A DNA stretch of 64,000 bases from Acanthaster planci. Lineage: Eukaryota. The stretch spans positions 2,896,646 through 2,960,645 of the forward strand of contig NW_019091355.1 of NCBI RefSeq assembly GCF_001949145.1, given 5' to 3'. Within the stretch, counting starts at the first letter, position 1. Each line of letters starts with the position of its first letter. The notes beneath the pieces were generated by a model. That model was given only the letters and a program-made list of their open reading frames with translations. It had not been told where the DNA came from and made no database searches. Made by a program: the position numbers and the translations under genes. Positions 37,001-50,373 of this stretch are shown here, piece by piece.

Positions 37001-40000
37001 CAGTCTCAAATTTTATTTGTAATGAGCTGCCTAATTTGATATCTGCATGAGTTCTTTGCAGCATGTTTTGTCCACGCTTAAACCAATAATTTCAATATGT
37101 AGGAAATTTGTCTTGTCTCTGTAGTTTTCCCTTAAAAGATTACAAAAAGCAAAACAGAACATCATTTTTTCCCACGGTGAGGTAGTGCTTGTAAACAATT
37201 AGGTGTGAAAGTGAGGCTCAGACATGAGCTAATCGTAGAGTCAAGTGTGTGTTAAGGCAAAGAAAACATTGTTGACAAAGCGCAAGTCGACTGTCAAATA
37301 AAAGCACTGAATGAGTGAATGTTAGCTTTGTGTATAGGCCTCAGGGTAGCTATTACCAATGCAGTTTAATGCCTGCGATGAAAATATGTGCTGGAAAGAA
37401 GAAAATTCGTTAGACTTGAGGGTTTGCTTTGTAAATTTGCTTCTACAACTAACCAGGTTGAGTAGACATTAGAGATGCACTCTGTCTCCTGATGGACACT
37501 TCCAAACTTGTTTTGTGGTTCAGCTGAGAGAAATAGTAACGGCTTTACTTGAATGAGACGTTCGACTCTAAATACACTGCAAAATGCTATGTGTAAACAA
37601 ATTTAATTGCATGTACACAATGACCTGGAAGTTTTGTATTTCAGTGTCAAGAAATCTGTGTTACTTTTTTGAGCAATTGGAGCTCAAAGGGACTTTCCAA
37701 GTGTGCCCGGGGCCCCATTTGAAGACCCTTCCTGTGTTGAGCTCCCCTTGTCATCCCCCCTACTTTGGCTGCTTTGTGGATAGGAAATGGGGATTTGTTC
37801 AGCGGAATTGGCCAGAGCCAAAAGTGTGCAGGCTTAAAATCTAACCATGCTGGCCATACTATGTAAAGCTAGAAGCTCACTGAAACCAAAGGTGTACATG
37901 TACATGTGTACGGATATTGTTGAACAAAATACGAGCAGCAGACAAAATTTTTGTCTTACACTACAGAACTGAAATCTTGACCTTTTGCTGGCAAGGCCAT
38001 TGTCTCTTTGATACTAAATGATACCTGTTTCTAGATTTTTCCTCTGTTTTGCCCTTTTTCTTCTTTTTAAAATAAAACCTACAGTGAAAAGATTTAGTCA
38101 GTCTTTTTCTCTGAGGTCAAAGTTGATACATTTATTTCAAATAGCGCATATGTACTGTAGTTTGTAGTTCTTACATTTGAGTAACTGATGACAAAGCTGC
38201 TGGCTTCTGAAACTATGCATTTTTATGATTAGTGGTTTCAAAGCCTTAACGGGTAAGCTCTGGTAAAAAAAAAAAAAACCACAGGGCTTTATTCTGAATT
38301 CAGGATGCAATCAAATTTATGAGTCAGAATCACTCATACATGTATATGTACACACCATAGGTATACTGCCTGACCTCTGACACAGTCTGGTGTTGGAAGA
38401 AATTTGAAAATTTGTTTTCAGTTACTGCACTTCTTGTGGCAAGTTTCCTACAAGTTTTTTTTTTACTTTTTCATCTGAGCTGAGTGCAAGGACAAAACCT
38501 CACTGTCTGTGAACTAAAGTGCAGTGCATAGAAGTAGTCTGGAAGTTTGCATAGATTTCACTGAAACAATGTATGTACATTGTACTTGTACTTGTGTAGG
38601 ATGTAATTTCACTTCCCGGGATTGATAGAGCATGCCTTGCCATGTTGGCTGCTTCCTTGTTCATGTTGTTTAATTTGCCCAGACAGAGCAAGGCAAGTGG
38701 TTAGGCCCTATGTACCACTCAAGGATACAACACAAGGGTTGCAACTGGATTCAAACTACTAACTAATTTAATCTGCGCCAAGAGGAACGAAAGAGGGCGT
38801 GTTTTTTTTGCGGTACTCACCACATAGGCACACCATCAAGGGTGCAAGTATATGCATGTTTGACGTGGATCACCCTGAGTACTCGTAACTAATTTATTCC
38901 GGCACGTATGGTCTTTGCTACATGCAGAACGCGTGCAAGAACCCGCTTGTAACCACCTGTCTTTCTTTTTGCCAATTGGGGTAGCACTTCAGCTCGGGAC
39001 AGATATCATGAGTCACTTTTGCCCAGTGCAGTTGGTGTGGTTAACAGAATGGGCATTTTGAAAACTTCATTGGCAATTGGTTATTGCAAAAGTTGGGACA
39101 GAGGCATCAAGGGGTCTAGTTATGCTGTTAATGTAATGTTATCAGTCTTTGCTGAGACATCAACGACACGTAGACTTGTGTGTTGCTGCTTGTTGCAGTA
39201 AAGTAATTTTTACATAGCCAGACAGAAGGTGTTGATCAGATTTTTTAAAAGTTGTGAAATGCCGTGTGAAAAAAAGCTTGAAGCCAAATTTTAAATATTA
39301 GATAATTTTGTTTTGTTTTTGGCTAAGAAAGCTTTTAAAGGGATTAGTACAATCAATGTGGATAGTTTTCGTGATCATGGAGACAAACATTTGGAAAGAT
39401 AGTGTAAAGGAGCGATAGTTAACGTTCTTAAGGTGGCGTGGCTGTCTTGTAGTGTCACTTAGTTGTTGCTGAGTCGTCTTGCCCTCTGTTAATTGGCCTT
39501 GTGCTCCTTGGTACCAGGGTAGCCCAGATGAGTCGCTCCCTCTCTGGAGGAAGTGAATTAGCGATCTTGTGCAGATCTGTTTTCTAAGCTGTCTCTGACA
39601 CATCAAAATATCAATTACTGTCGGCAGTTTGAGACTGAGTTGACATGTTAATAATGCGGAACATGCCTCGAAATATCCTTTATTTTTAGTTCCTTCTTCA
39701 TTTTGTGCTACCCTTGATGGCCCAGATAATGTGAGTAATTCTTTTCCTTGATGAATTTAAGATTTTTTCATAAAGAAATAAATATTACTCCATTTGCAGC
39801 CTGCTTTGGGATTTTTCCTCAGAACTTAGTAGATTCTGATCAAATTGGTGCTCATCATCAAAATTACTTCCTCTTATTTGACAAAGCACGAAGTTTGCAT
39901 TTTTCAATTGAGTTGCGCACGCCACTTATAAATGTTCTTGTTCTTTGTGACTGAGGCAAAAACTCAAGTCGCCAAATTTGGGATTCATTGCCATTCAGTG

Positions 40001-41606
40001 GACTTTTCTTTTATTAAGGGCCTCGGGCAGAAGACACCGGGGGTGCAGGCTACCAGTTACATCATGTACGTATTACTGCAAAGGTTGGTGCATTCTTTGA
40101 GCATTGGCCATTTCTTGTAGGCCTTCTCAAGGAAATGTTCACATGGCAAAAGTTGCTTGCAATGAGCAGAAAGACCCTTTTAAGGTATCATTTAATATTA
40201 ACTAGCTATGACTGGTCCTCAGCCAGGTCTTGCTGAACATTTAAATCAAATGCAGTATTTAGTTCTGTTCATGCGGACCCAGATGTCAGACGATTACTTT
40301 GATCCAGTTTCAACCCCCTTATTCAAATAGAACTATTGATCCCTTATAATCCCCAGCCCTCAGTGAAGTTCTTTATCTTTATCAAAATATGATATGGTCT
40401 CTTGTTGGATTTTATTACATGTACATGTATGTGAGATTTTAAGGCACTGCTTTTTTCTGTTTTTAGTGAGGAGGCAATATTGCCTTGTTCGCACATGTCT
40501 TATGTTCACATTAAGTGCAAGGCTTATTTTAAGGACCCTTATTTTTAGACTTTGTCTAGACACATTTTCCAAGATACATGGCTGAGAGTGTGGTACACTT
40601 TCAGCCATCTTTGTGGTAAAGTGGATCGGAAAGGTGATTAGCCAAAGTTAGCTCTAGCCATGTTTCTAGAAATAAGTGAATGACTCAAACCGTCCAAAGT
40701 GGCATTGTGTTTCGTTTCTTTATGCTAAATGATTTTTGATCTTGAAAAATGTGAACTTTTTATATGTATGTTTAGGTTTGGACTGACAGTTGGGTCAAAC
40801 AAGTCAGCAAGAATGTATTTCTGTTCTAAGTCTTGGCGAATTAGATCAGATTGCATTAGATTGCAATCAGTAAGTTAATATTTGATTCAGCTGTATCACA
40901 TTTACTAGATTAGGTTGGATTATGATTAGTGTGAATGAGATTGGATCAGACACTGAAGATTGTACTTCATAGATCTGATGGTCATTATTGACCATGACAT
41001 TAATATTGTAATAACCGCTTTGGCTAATGAAACAGTTAGCACATTACCGGTACTGAGCCATATTTATTAGAAGAGGTTATGCCAATTTTGAGGGTGAAAA
41101 TAAGATTGCATTTTTCTAAGAGTGTGGTCAAGTGCTAAAGATATCTGCACCAATAAGGAAAAGGTTGTAGATTTGAGTCCTACCTGAGTGAGCTTGTGAT
41201 CTGAGACACCCAGAGAAAGCACTGAGTTTTTAGAGCTTTTCAAGTTACATTGGTGACAGGGCAGACCCAATTTTAAAACCTAGATTCTCTCAACAGAATC
41301 TTTCATTTGGTCAGGAGAAGTGAGCACACACTCTACAGCTTCATTTGACAGCTGCATGTGTATCTTTGTACATCTCTTCATCATCGTTGCATTGGTCTAC
41401 ACTAATACCTGGTTGTCATCTGGCAGGGAGCAGGACTATCACACCTTAGCACAGAAATATTTACGTGAATGTCACTGACCCGTCTTCAGTTTCATCTCTT
41501 TCTTTTTTCACTCTGTTTTCTCCCATGGTCCATCATGTTTCTCTGGTATTGCCCCACTTAACTTGACAGAGATGAAGTGGAAATCAGCAGAGCCTCTTAT
41601 AATTAC

Positions 41607-41759
41607 ATGAGGTACCTTTGGAGATTTATGATGGCCATGTTTATTTTTTTCGTTCCGGTGGTCCTCATGGCAGTGATGTTGCACCTGTATTTCAACACCC
41701 GAGACAGATGGGAGACCACAGCCAGGATGCCCCTGCTGCACAGATATGACGCAGATTGA
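41607..41759 (+). CDS. Putative 50-aa single-pass membrane microprotein MRYLWRFMMAMFIFFVPVVLMAVMLHLYFNTRDRWETTARMPLLHRYDAD (exon probably starts at 41570)
   Basis: Pyrimidine-rich run upstream plus cttaac branch-like motif and CAG at 41567-41569. Frame open from the acceptor to TGA at 41757-41759. Uninterrupted hydrophobic stretch of about 23 aa. G/C-ending codon bias like the real exons here. Confidence 0.55.
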   Translation: MRYLWRFMMAMFIFFVPVVLMAVMLHLYFNTRDRWETTARMPLLHRYDAD

Positions 41760-43456
41760 GGAGATTGGGGACAGAGTCTTGACGAGTCTTGCGAGGCTCG
41801 TAAAGTTTGAATTGGTTATTTTGGGGAGTCTCAAATCAGATGTGGAATGATGTTGTGTTTTTGTCTTTCATTGGGTTGAAGGCAGTGTGTCCTCATTTTC
41901 TGAATTTCCGACGCTGACACTAACGTCTCTGCAATGCATCAGATGTCATCACAAGTGCTTTTAAAGATGCAGACTACTCACAGTTATACAGAAACTCGTG
42001 AAAGTGGATTTTTTTGCTTCTTTACTTGAGTTCTCAATCAAATGTTCTTGATCATGGTGAATATGAGGAATTTGTAGTGCTCCTCTGTATTTTTCTTAAC
42101 TTAAAGCATGTTATACATACTATAATCAGAATTGTAAAGAAGTAATATTTTGTGTATTTCAACATAATGCAACTTTGACATAATTGTTGTGGCAAGACCA
42201 GCAAGCAGGCAAAAGATTCAAATCAAAGAAACAACCTATGTAAGATCAGAACTAAACGGCATTTTGGCACCATCTCTGATCTCAACTGTTAACATTTCTC
42301 CCCTTTACACATTCTGCCTTTTTCCCAGCAAAAATTTCATGACAAAATTCAGTGTTGGCTTGAGACACCCGTACTCATGTAGACTGGACATTTTTGTACT
42401 GATAATCAGGTTTTTTTTTGTGGAAGGGTATCGTATCCCAACTCTGATGTTGCACTCTTCTGATTATGATGCACAAAGCTTGCTGATAATAGCGTAATGT
42501 TGCATCCACTGTAGGTTGTCCATTAATCATGATTGGGCATACAGAACCAAAATATCATTATCAAAGGAATGCACGGCCATATCAGAGCATTCAGGAACTG
42601 TAGTTTTTGTTCAAGAACGGACTAATTTTATGAATCAATTTACAATTGCAAAGCTCAATTTTATTGATTCAATTTCATGTATTACAGAAGTAACAATTGA
42701 CAATCTTGATATCAATGTAGCATGCAAATAGATCCAGAGAGGTGGGGGTTGTTAGTTTGTATTCATTTTCCCACGCCCTGGCCAGCTTGGCCCATTACAG
42801 TTTCATCCTTCAAGAGGTCACATGTTTTTATAAGTAGTCAGTTTTGCTCCTCTGAAAATTGAATGAAACATGTACCAAAACAGTTCCCCTTAATGGTAGT
42901 TGATAATTATTGTTGATTGAAAAAATACTTGGAATTACAGGTGCACAGTTAACAAAAACTACAGTTCACCTGCACTGTGAACAATTTCAACCTGAATGAT
43001 TTCCATGAATGTTGTGTTTCCTTTTGTGAGAACTACATACATGTACATATCACCCTAACCCCCAAAATCATTAAAATCTAATGTTCAGCAAGAGAGAAAC
43101 ATTGTGTCCACACACAATCTTCCTTTACCTGCTCTTTGTTGACCTGTGTGAATGTGCGTGGACCTCTTTTGTATGGAGGGAAATTCCTTCTCATCTGTTA
43201 CTTTTAAGGGAAGCCTTAACATTCCACCACGTTCAATTTATTTATGCTTTGTTTAAAGTGTTGAAAACAAACTATTTGTCTTGTTTAAATGTTTAACTAA
43301 AACCCACAACAGTTTATGGCAGGGCAAAGGATGGGCCTGACACATTGCCTTATCTGCCATAAAAGTTGCCCATAGACAAGGTCACAGTATTTAACACCCA
43401 AATATGACAACATTTTCATGTTAAGTCTTTGTTGTTTTTGTTTCCAATCCTTGCAG

Positions 43457-44271
43457 ATCTACTGAGGCTTGGTACCAGTAGCTACTCATTTTCGGAAGAC
43501 AAATCACCATTGTTGTCTCTTTTTGTGTTGGGAAAAATTCACTCTTCAGTTGATATCATTTACATCTGGAATATCTGACAAGCTATCGATGTGTAGGAAC
43601 AAGCAAAACGACTTGGCTTATTTATTTATCAGGAGCGGACAGTATCAAAAATAACTCACAGGAGCCATGGTGGCCGAATGCTACACTTTAGAGCGAGCCT
43701 TTGTGGTGTAGACTCGCTGGCGTCCTAGTGCAAAACTCCCCAGGCCAACGTGGCAGGGAGTGTGACATTTTGCCTACGGGGTCTGAAGCAGCAGGCGATA
43801 ATTTGAAAATGATATGCCAGTGTGGGATGCTCCTTGGATGACATTGGGTGACAACTAGAGGTCATCGAGTCACAACTGTCCAGGGTTATCACTTGGAAGA
43901 CTGGGTCTCTGCTCTGTTTAATGAAGGGAAGGCAGTGGACTAGTTGATTGTGGATTCGGGTATGTGGCAAGTTTCAAGGAGTGCCGATCTGCATCTGAAT
44001 TAACAAGAAGTGGTTGCATTGATACAGATTGACCCCTTTTTGTTCTCTCTTTTGAGACCATTCTTTGAGAAAGTTTAAGGCTTAAACCATCAAGGTCTAG
44101 TCATGATGTGCATTCCAGTTAAATGGCTTCCTTGTGGATAGCAGCTTGTACGGGTCATTTTCAGCAGGTACATTAGCTGGATAACCCTGTAAACGGTGTG
44201 AAAAGAAGATTGCGTGTCTAGGTGATGGGGAGTATAGCTATGCCATCAGTGTAGGGTGGTCAGCAGAGAAC
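43457..44271 (+). other. Probable long 5' UTR portion of the large first coding exon of gene 2
   Basis: Strong acceptor ttgtttttgtttccaatccttgcAG at 43455-43456. In-frame TAA at 44182-44184 closes the ORF upstream of the ATG at 44272. Alternative acceptor ttttcAGcAG at about 44164/44167. Confidence 0.4.
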
Positions 44272-45883
44272 ATGGCAGAAAGTGTAGCACAGGTGGGATT
44301 GCCGGGTGCAGAGAAGGGAGACCTGCCCAGCTGTGGCATGGAGGAGGGGTCCCTCGTACGCTCCAAGGATGAGTGGGGATCAATAATCGATATCCTGCAT
44401 AGCATAGAGAACACAACACAGCCGAGCAAGCCAGCACCATCCATGCCCAGCCCAACTGCACGACTTGCCACCCTGTCTGAAAATATCCAGACAACAGAAA
44501 TGGCATCACCGATGGACGGTAAACAGGGTCAGGGGCTCCAGCAGTTGGACCACCTGGTCCGCATGATGGAGCAGATGTGCAATCTGCAGAAGCAGAACTT
44601 GCGCCTCCGCGAGCAGGCTGAGTATCTCAATGCAATCAAGGATTTACAGGAACTCAGAAATGAGAGCCTCATGCAGAACTGCAAGTGTGAAGCCCAGCGA
44701 CGCTCATCGGATATAGGCCGAACACCGGATGAGACATTCTCGGAACCAGAGAGCACCGTTGGGGATGAGATGGATACAAAGCGAGACCTGTCCCCAACAC
44801 GCGAGAAACGAGCCAGCCGATCCATCAAACGTGAAACTAAAACCAAAGGTGCAAAGACGCGCAGCAGATCACTAGATCCGTACAGGAAAGACACCACAGA
44901 GCCCGGGGAGAAAGACTCAGACAGGGACAGGGAACGAGAGCGGGGACGCCCAGGGATATTTTCCAAATTTGAACGGATGAAGGAAAAACTGACCACAAGG
45001 AGGGGGAGTGTCAAAAAGCACAACACGAACAAGAGGGCGGATGAGAGACAGGATGAGGATCTGAAAGCAAATGCTTTCAGGCCTGACCCGTCATCCAACG
45101 AGCACTTCAACCTGCAGATGGATGGGACAGAGACCAAGTCAGAGGACAGTGGTATCTACCATGTGGGTCCTGATGAAATTGTACACTTGCCACGCCTGAC
45201 GGCGGAAATCTTACCAAAGTCGGCAGATGACTTGTCTGACAGTGAAGATGTGTTTGAGGCCCTCCAGCCATCCTGGAATCAGACCAACAACTTCAGCATG
45301 GAAGCACGTAAAGGCAGCGACTTCTCGACCGGGAGCTCCAGCGAGGACTACTTGGAGTTGAAACCCAAAAGGACTGCCGCTCAGTTGCCTCAGGATGAGC
45401 CCGTCACCACAAGCAGTCCCGAGCAGCAGCGGAGGAGAGGTGACTCAGAGGAAAGAGCCGTCAAGAGCAGCGATGAAAAAGAGGAAAATGGACAGAGGAA
45501 GATGCGTTTTCGGCGTTCAGCTAGCCTACAGGACAATACCTCACTGAACAGTGATGACGAGTTTGACAAGCCTGCCAAGACATCCTGGGAGGTCAAAGAA
45601 GCACCAGCTGTCTTGCAGAGGACTGATTCTGGACAGAAACTACTTCAACACAGCCCATCAAATGATTTTGAATTTTCGGATGCCAGCTTGGACATGCAGA
45701 CGGGCCAGGATTCGGCAAGCACATCCAGCTTGGAGTCTAAAGCGGCTCAGAAGAGGAAATACTTCCGGAAGAGTCATCATGTGGATGAACCGACTTCCCC
45801 AACAACTGAGCAAAGATTCAAAGCTGTGGCATTTGAGATGAGGTCCCCAAAATCATCACCTCCAGAGAAGAAAAGGCATAAAG
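44272..45883 (+). CDS. Gene 2 coding exon 1: uncharacterised large protein with an N-terminal coiled coil followed by a charged/Ser-rich disordered region
   Basis: 558-codon ORF, ATG in good context (aacATGG), AAG|GTAAAT donor at 45884 (phase 1). Heptad-like LQQLDHLVRMMEQMCNLQKQNLRLREQAEYLNAIKDLQELRNESL. Confidence 0.9.
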
Positions 45884-46939
45884 GTAAATGTTATCTTATT
45901 TCTGAACAGAATCTTTTAGGGGGAAAGGTGAAGGGGTATATGGATTAAAGAGGGAGACATAACAAGCAAAAATGGGTGACATTTCTTTGCCTGTGTCAAC
46001 TGTGCATTACTTTGGAAATATACATTATGATGGAGGAAAAGGAACTCTTGTTTCCATGGTTACATTTTCCATGTATGCAAACTGAAAGCCTACAGAGTAC
46101 AGAAGCATGACGTCAATTGAACCAGGAAGTATAGTGAGAACGAATGGAGTACACGCACATGTTGGTTCACGTGTTGATTCATGTGCTTATGCATTTTACG
46201 CACATAATTGTATGTAACATACTCACTTTAGTTCTCTATAGATAATTTTATATTTCAGTTTTTGGCTGAAGAAATGTTTTCTGAGAAATGAAAATACCCC
46301 CTTTAAGAATAACAGATTGATCATGTGGGTGCTAGGGATGCCTTTTGTTTAACTCGGGAATGTTTTATCGTCACGGATTAAATGTCAACAGTAGGATGTT
46401 GTGATGGGCCCAGGCAGGCTCGGCAAGAATTCCAGCGCACATCAGGTGGCACATGCCGATCCGTTGACTGCTACTGAGATGTAAATAGACTGTTCCCTCC
46501 CCCCTCCCCTTCTCTGTCGCTTGTGGAGAAGCCCGGTTCCAGATAAGTTTTTCCTAAGAGACCCTTTGGCAATTCAGGTCAAATGCTAGTTTTCATACCT
46601 TGAGATCAAAAGGACCCCATAAATGTACCTGTGTCGTAGTGTATACCCTTTGCATGTATCTTAAAGACCAGTACACAGAAACATATATGGGAATGCCACT
46701 CTGTGCTTAATGTTGAGTACATGAAGTACAGTTGTACCGTAAACATAAACTCGTCTCCAAGCAAACTTGGCTTTTTTGTTATAGCACCCTGTTTGGGCAT
46801 ATTTCATTTTTGGAACAAACATGAACTGTAATTTTATATATTCAAAACACGTTGAAAAGACACAAATGGAATCTAGGCAATACTGTTTTGATGTAATGCA
46901 TTGATCGTAGAAAAGTCAGTTTGATTGAAGCTGACCTGT

Positions 46940-47123
46940 CAGTGGCATAGCTAAGATTTTGCTCGTGGAAGGGGGCAAAAATGGAGCACCTGCATCTTAT
47001 GAGGGGAGCACCAGTGTGTTTTTGGGGGGCAGGTTTTTGTTAGCCTTGTTCAACATCCACTCATCCCCTTTTTTTTTGTGGGGGTTCACGTGCCCCCCAG
47101 GCTCTCCCATGGCTATGCTACTG
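46940..47123. mobile_element. hAT-like MITE (CAGTGGCATAGC...GCTATGCTACTG)
   Basis: 12-bp TIR with one mismatch, G-run/C-run subtermini. 8-bp flanks match only 4/8, consistent with an old copy. Confidence 0.65.
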
Positions 47124-47631
47124 CAGCCAGTGGGTTTCGTAGTTAATGATTGGTCATTTTGCCTATGCTGACATGGTTGACGTGATCTTCCTGAAGATCA
47201 AGAAGTCCTGCACAAACTCTGCATTAAATGATTTCCGAAACAGAAATTAGACAGTGGAAGTTACCGAAGCACCTGTCATAAGTCGTTTTTCATTTCTATA
47301 GTGGATTGCACATGTTGCCAAAACTCAGATACAGGTAATTGAAAGTGATTGATGGAAACTGTGCGCGAATGTTTCAAACGTGTTCCAGTTGGTAATTCCA
47401 CACTCATTGGAGACACCTGATAACCAGTGGACTGGCAATTAATCCATTGTGTTAGTTTTATTGTAACATGCTTTGCAACTATTGCATTTACTATTACTTC
47501 ATGTATATCTAAAAAAAGTACACAATGTAGCATTTTTAAAATAAACCTTCAGAACTTAGCATGTACTCTGCATGTTGTTTGAACTGCAGTGGAATACAAT
47601 ACCCTTTAGCAATGTGGAACCATGCACTTAC

Positions 47632-47698
47632 ATAATAATAATAATGAATTATTTAAAAAACGCTTTCCATGTCGATGACATCTCAAAGCGCTGTACAG
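47632..47698 (-). mobile_element. 3' tail of an L2-type LINE or L2-dependent SINE
   Basis: Minus strand reads CTGTACAGCGCTTTGAGATG...GAAAGCGTTTTTTAAATAATTC(ATT)4. This resembles the typical AGCGCTTTGAG...AAGCGCT stem-loop plus (ATT)n tail. Confidence 0.65.
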
Positions 47699-49763
47699 TA
47701 AAATGCGAAAATTAAATTAACTTTAAATAATTAAAACAAAGTAACAGGAGTTATAAAACAAAATTAAAAATTAAGCAATAAAAAATAACATTAAATTAAA
47801 ATATTCATAAAACGTACATGTACATCAAATAGAATTGTACATGATGAATTACGCTTTGATTTTAAGATCACATTTTATATTTCATGTGCATCACACTTTG
47901 GTTCTGTGGAACTACTTCACTGTGGATAGGAGTAGTGTGATGGCGAGAATTGTTCTTTGTATTTTGCTGCTTACTTGCTGATAATTTCACGCATAAATAG
48001 GTTTACTTGCACTGGCGCATGCCTGACACATCATCACAGGATGTCTTGTATCTATCTGTCATCACTTATCACATAATAATCTTAATATCCAGTTAATCAA
48101 AAACAACAGTCCAGCATAGGAAATTTCACCCTTGCACTTGCCAGTTCATTAAGAGCGCATTTGCCGCAGCCTGAAAATAGCGCAGTTGATATTGGCACCA
48201 CTGTAGGGATCGTGGCGGGCACTCGCCCAGCTTTCAACTTCTGACATTTTCCGCCAGCCGAGCGGGCCATCTGCCTGCGACTTTTTTGCCCTCTCCAAGG
48301 TTATCAAGAATAACACGGCACGGGTGTTTTGCACCGGTCGGGCAGGGCCCACCGGTGGCTGGTCACGCCATTTTCTGCAAGGTTCGGAAGCAGAGACAAT
48401 GAAGGAAAGAAATACCAAAAGAGTAATTACAATCCGAGTCCTACACAGGTCATTACATGTGGATTCAGGGAATTTGGTTTTAATCAAATGGTATTTGCTT
48501 GTCACATTCCAACCTATTTGGCAAACCAGTAGACCGCTCAATGTATGCATGTGTTACTGTGCTCCTATTCAAATGCACATAAGTACTTCGCAAATGTAGT
48601 TGACTTTAAAGACTTTTAGATCAAGCACATGGAGAGGTATTAAGCAGTAGTTTTTCAATCTGTGATAAAAATCAAAGCCTGTTGAAATGCGTGCAAATGA
48701 TCAACACTTCTCATTGAGGAACAAGTTTTATATTACCTCACACTACAATTAATGTTAGGAGTATATGCATTGACCACACAAAGAATTTCTGCTATTGCAG
48801 AAATCAATCTTCACAACACGAATTTAATCATGCGTTAATATTTCATTTTGCGAGAATTGATGAGCCGAGGTCATGCATGTCAACAGGAGGAAGCATGTAA
48901 GAAGCGGCAGAGGCGAGAGAAGAATTCTGACAGCTCACACTCAAAATTATGCTGATAATGACAAATTACTCATCCAAAGCAATAAAAATGACTAACAACG
49001 ATCCTTGATGCCTTTTCTGCCAGACATATTGCGATTGAGGGAAAGGTCAACGAGAATATGCATTGGTTTTGTTTCAGTGTTTGGATGTACTCGGGTTGAA
49101 GTATTGCTCAGCGTCAGAGTGTTTTTACGGTGAAACTGGACTTCAATTGAAGGCCCTGTGAAACATGGCAGAATGGGACATTAAGTAGCCTTATTTCATG
49201 TACCAGTCACGATTTGTTGTACATGTGGAAGGTATTTATGGTCAAAGAAGTCTCACTCAATCTTTCTTGAGAGAAGAATCAAAGAAGGGATGAAATGTCG
49301 GACATCCTTATATATCATTCCGTTTGTCATTGTTGGTGGTTGTCCGAGTCAAAGGAACTCATCGATCAGATTAATGTATGTATATACTTGTCATGTGGTA
49401 GGCATGGTAATGCCTGTACCCTGAAGAGATTTATGTTGAAACACTGCTAGAGATTTGCAGCATTTGGCCAAACACTTCCAAAGCGTTAACCAGCACAGGA
49501 CAGTTTCTGAAAATAGTTGAAGCAGAAAAACACTCTAGGTCTGAAATTTGGTTTGTACGCGTACACCGTGAGTGAAGGATTAAGATTAAGCCTCAGCATA
49601 GTTTGACTATCAAATATCGTAAGTTGGCACAGAATTGCTTTGAAACATAGGATTCAAGCTGATCTAAGCAGAAGCTTTCGCTTCAGAAGGATGGAAATCA
49701 ACCGAATTGTTTGCTGTTTTGGTTTTGGGGTTTTTTGCTTGTACACAGTGAGGTAATGTTAAA

Positions 49764-49814
49764 CCCTAACACTCCTCAGTCCTCCAACAGGTGAAGGATT
49801 GAGGAGTGTTAGGG
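49764..49814. mobile_element. 51-bp palindromic piggyBac-like mini element, copy 2
   Basis: CCCTAACACTCCTCAGTCCTCCAACAGGTGAAGGATTGAGGAGTGTTAGGG followed by TTAA. 20-bp arms with one mismatch. Confidence 0.78.
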
Positions 49815-50163
49815 TTAATAATTAGGCAAACGTATGCTCAAGTGAAAACAAATAATGGTTTGTAATACTGTTTAAAGTACTTTTTTGACATTCATTTTAG
49901 CCTGTTAAAGTGTTTTGATATAAAGAACACATGTTTAGAGAGCAGAGTTTCCCAACTGCTGTATAGCTACAGCTATATACTGTGAAAAAAATTGCCTTTT
50001 CATGTAATTTGCTCCATTCAGTTCTAAGGAGCTTCCCAAATGTACATGGCTCCTGCTTGCTCCTCAAAGTCATTTGGGAAATAGAAAATTAGAGTCTGAA
50101 AGCATTTTGTAGAAGTCTTCAAAACTCATCTTAACTCTGATACATTTTGCCATTTTTGTGCAG

Positions 50164-50373
50164 TCGGTTGGGAGAAGGTCAAGCATGCCGTCACCAGGAA
50201 ACACATCGGTGACATAAGCAAGACCAAGGGGACCATCTCCATGGATGAGAGCATCCTCCGCAGCTCAGAGGAACCCAGCTCGCCCACCGACAGCTCCCCG
50301 CCTGAGGATGCCTCAGGAGGAGGAAAGACCGGAAGGGCAGAAGTCAAGAAGGGTGACCCCAAAAGGGATAAAG
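50164..50373 (+). CDS. Gene 2 coding exon 2
   Basis: tttttgtgCAG at 50161-50163, GTCAGT at 50374, phase 1-1. (V)GWEKVKHAVTRKHIGDISKTKGTISMDESILRSSEEP...KRDK. Confidence 0.88.

Noticed and set aside
41760..42600. SECIS element downstream of the microprotein ORF
   Set aside because: A small hairpin near 41782-41800 and several ATGA sites exist, but none shows the core quartet, 10-12 bp stem and apical AA geometry by eye.
45945..46305. TTAA-AG...CT-TTAA bounded segment resembling a Kolobok MITE
   Set aside because: TIR match is limited to a few bases and there is no second copy in the window.
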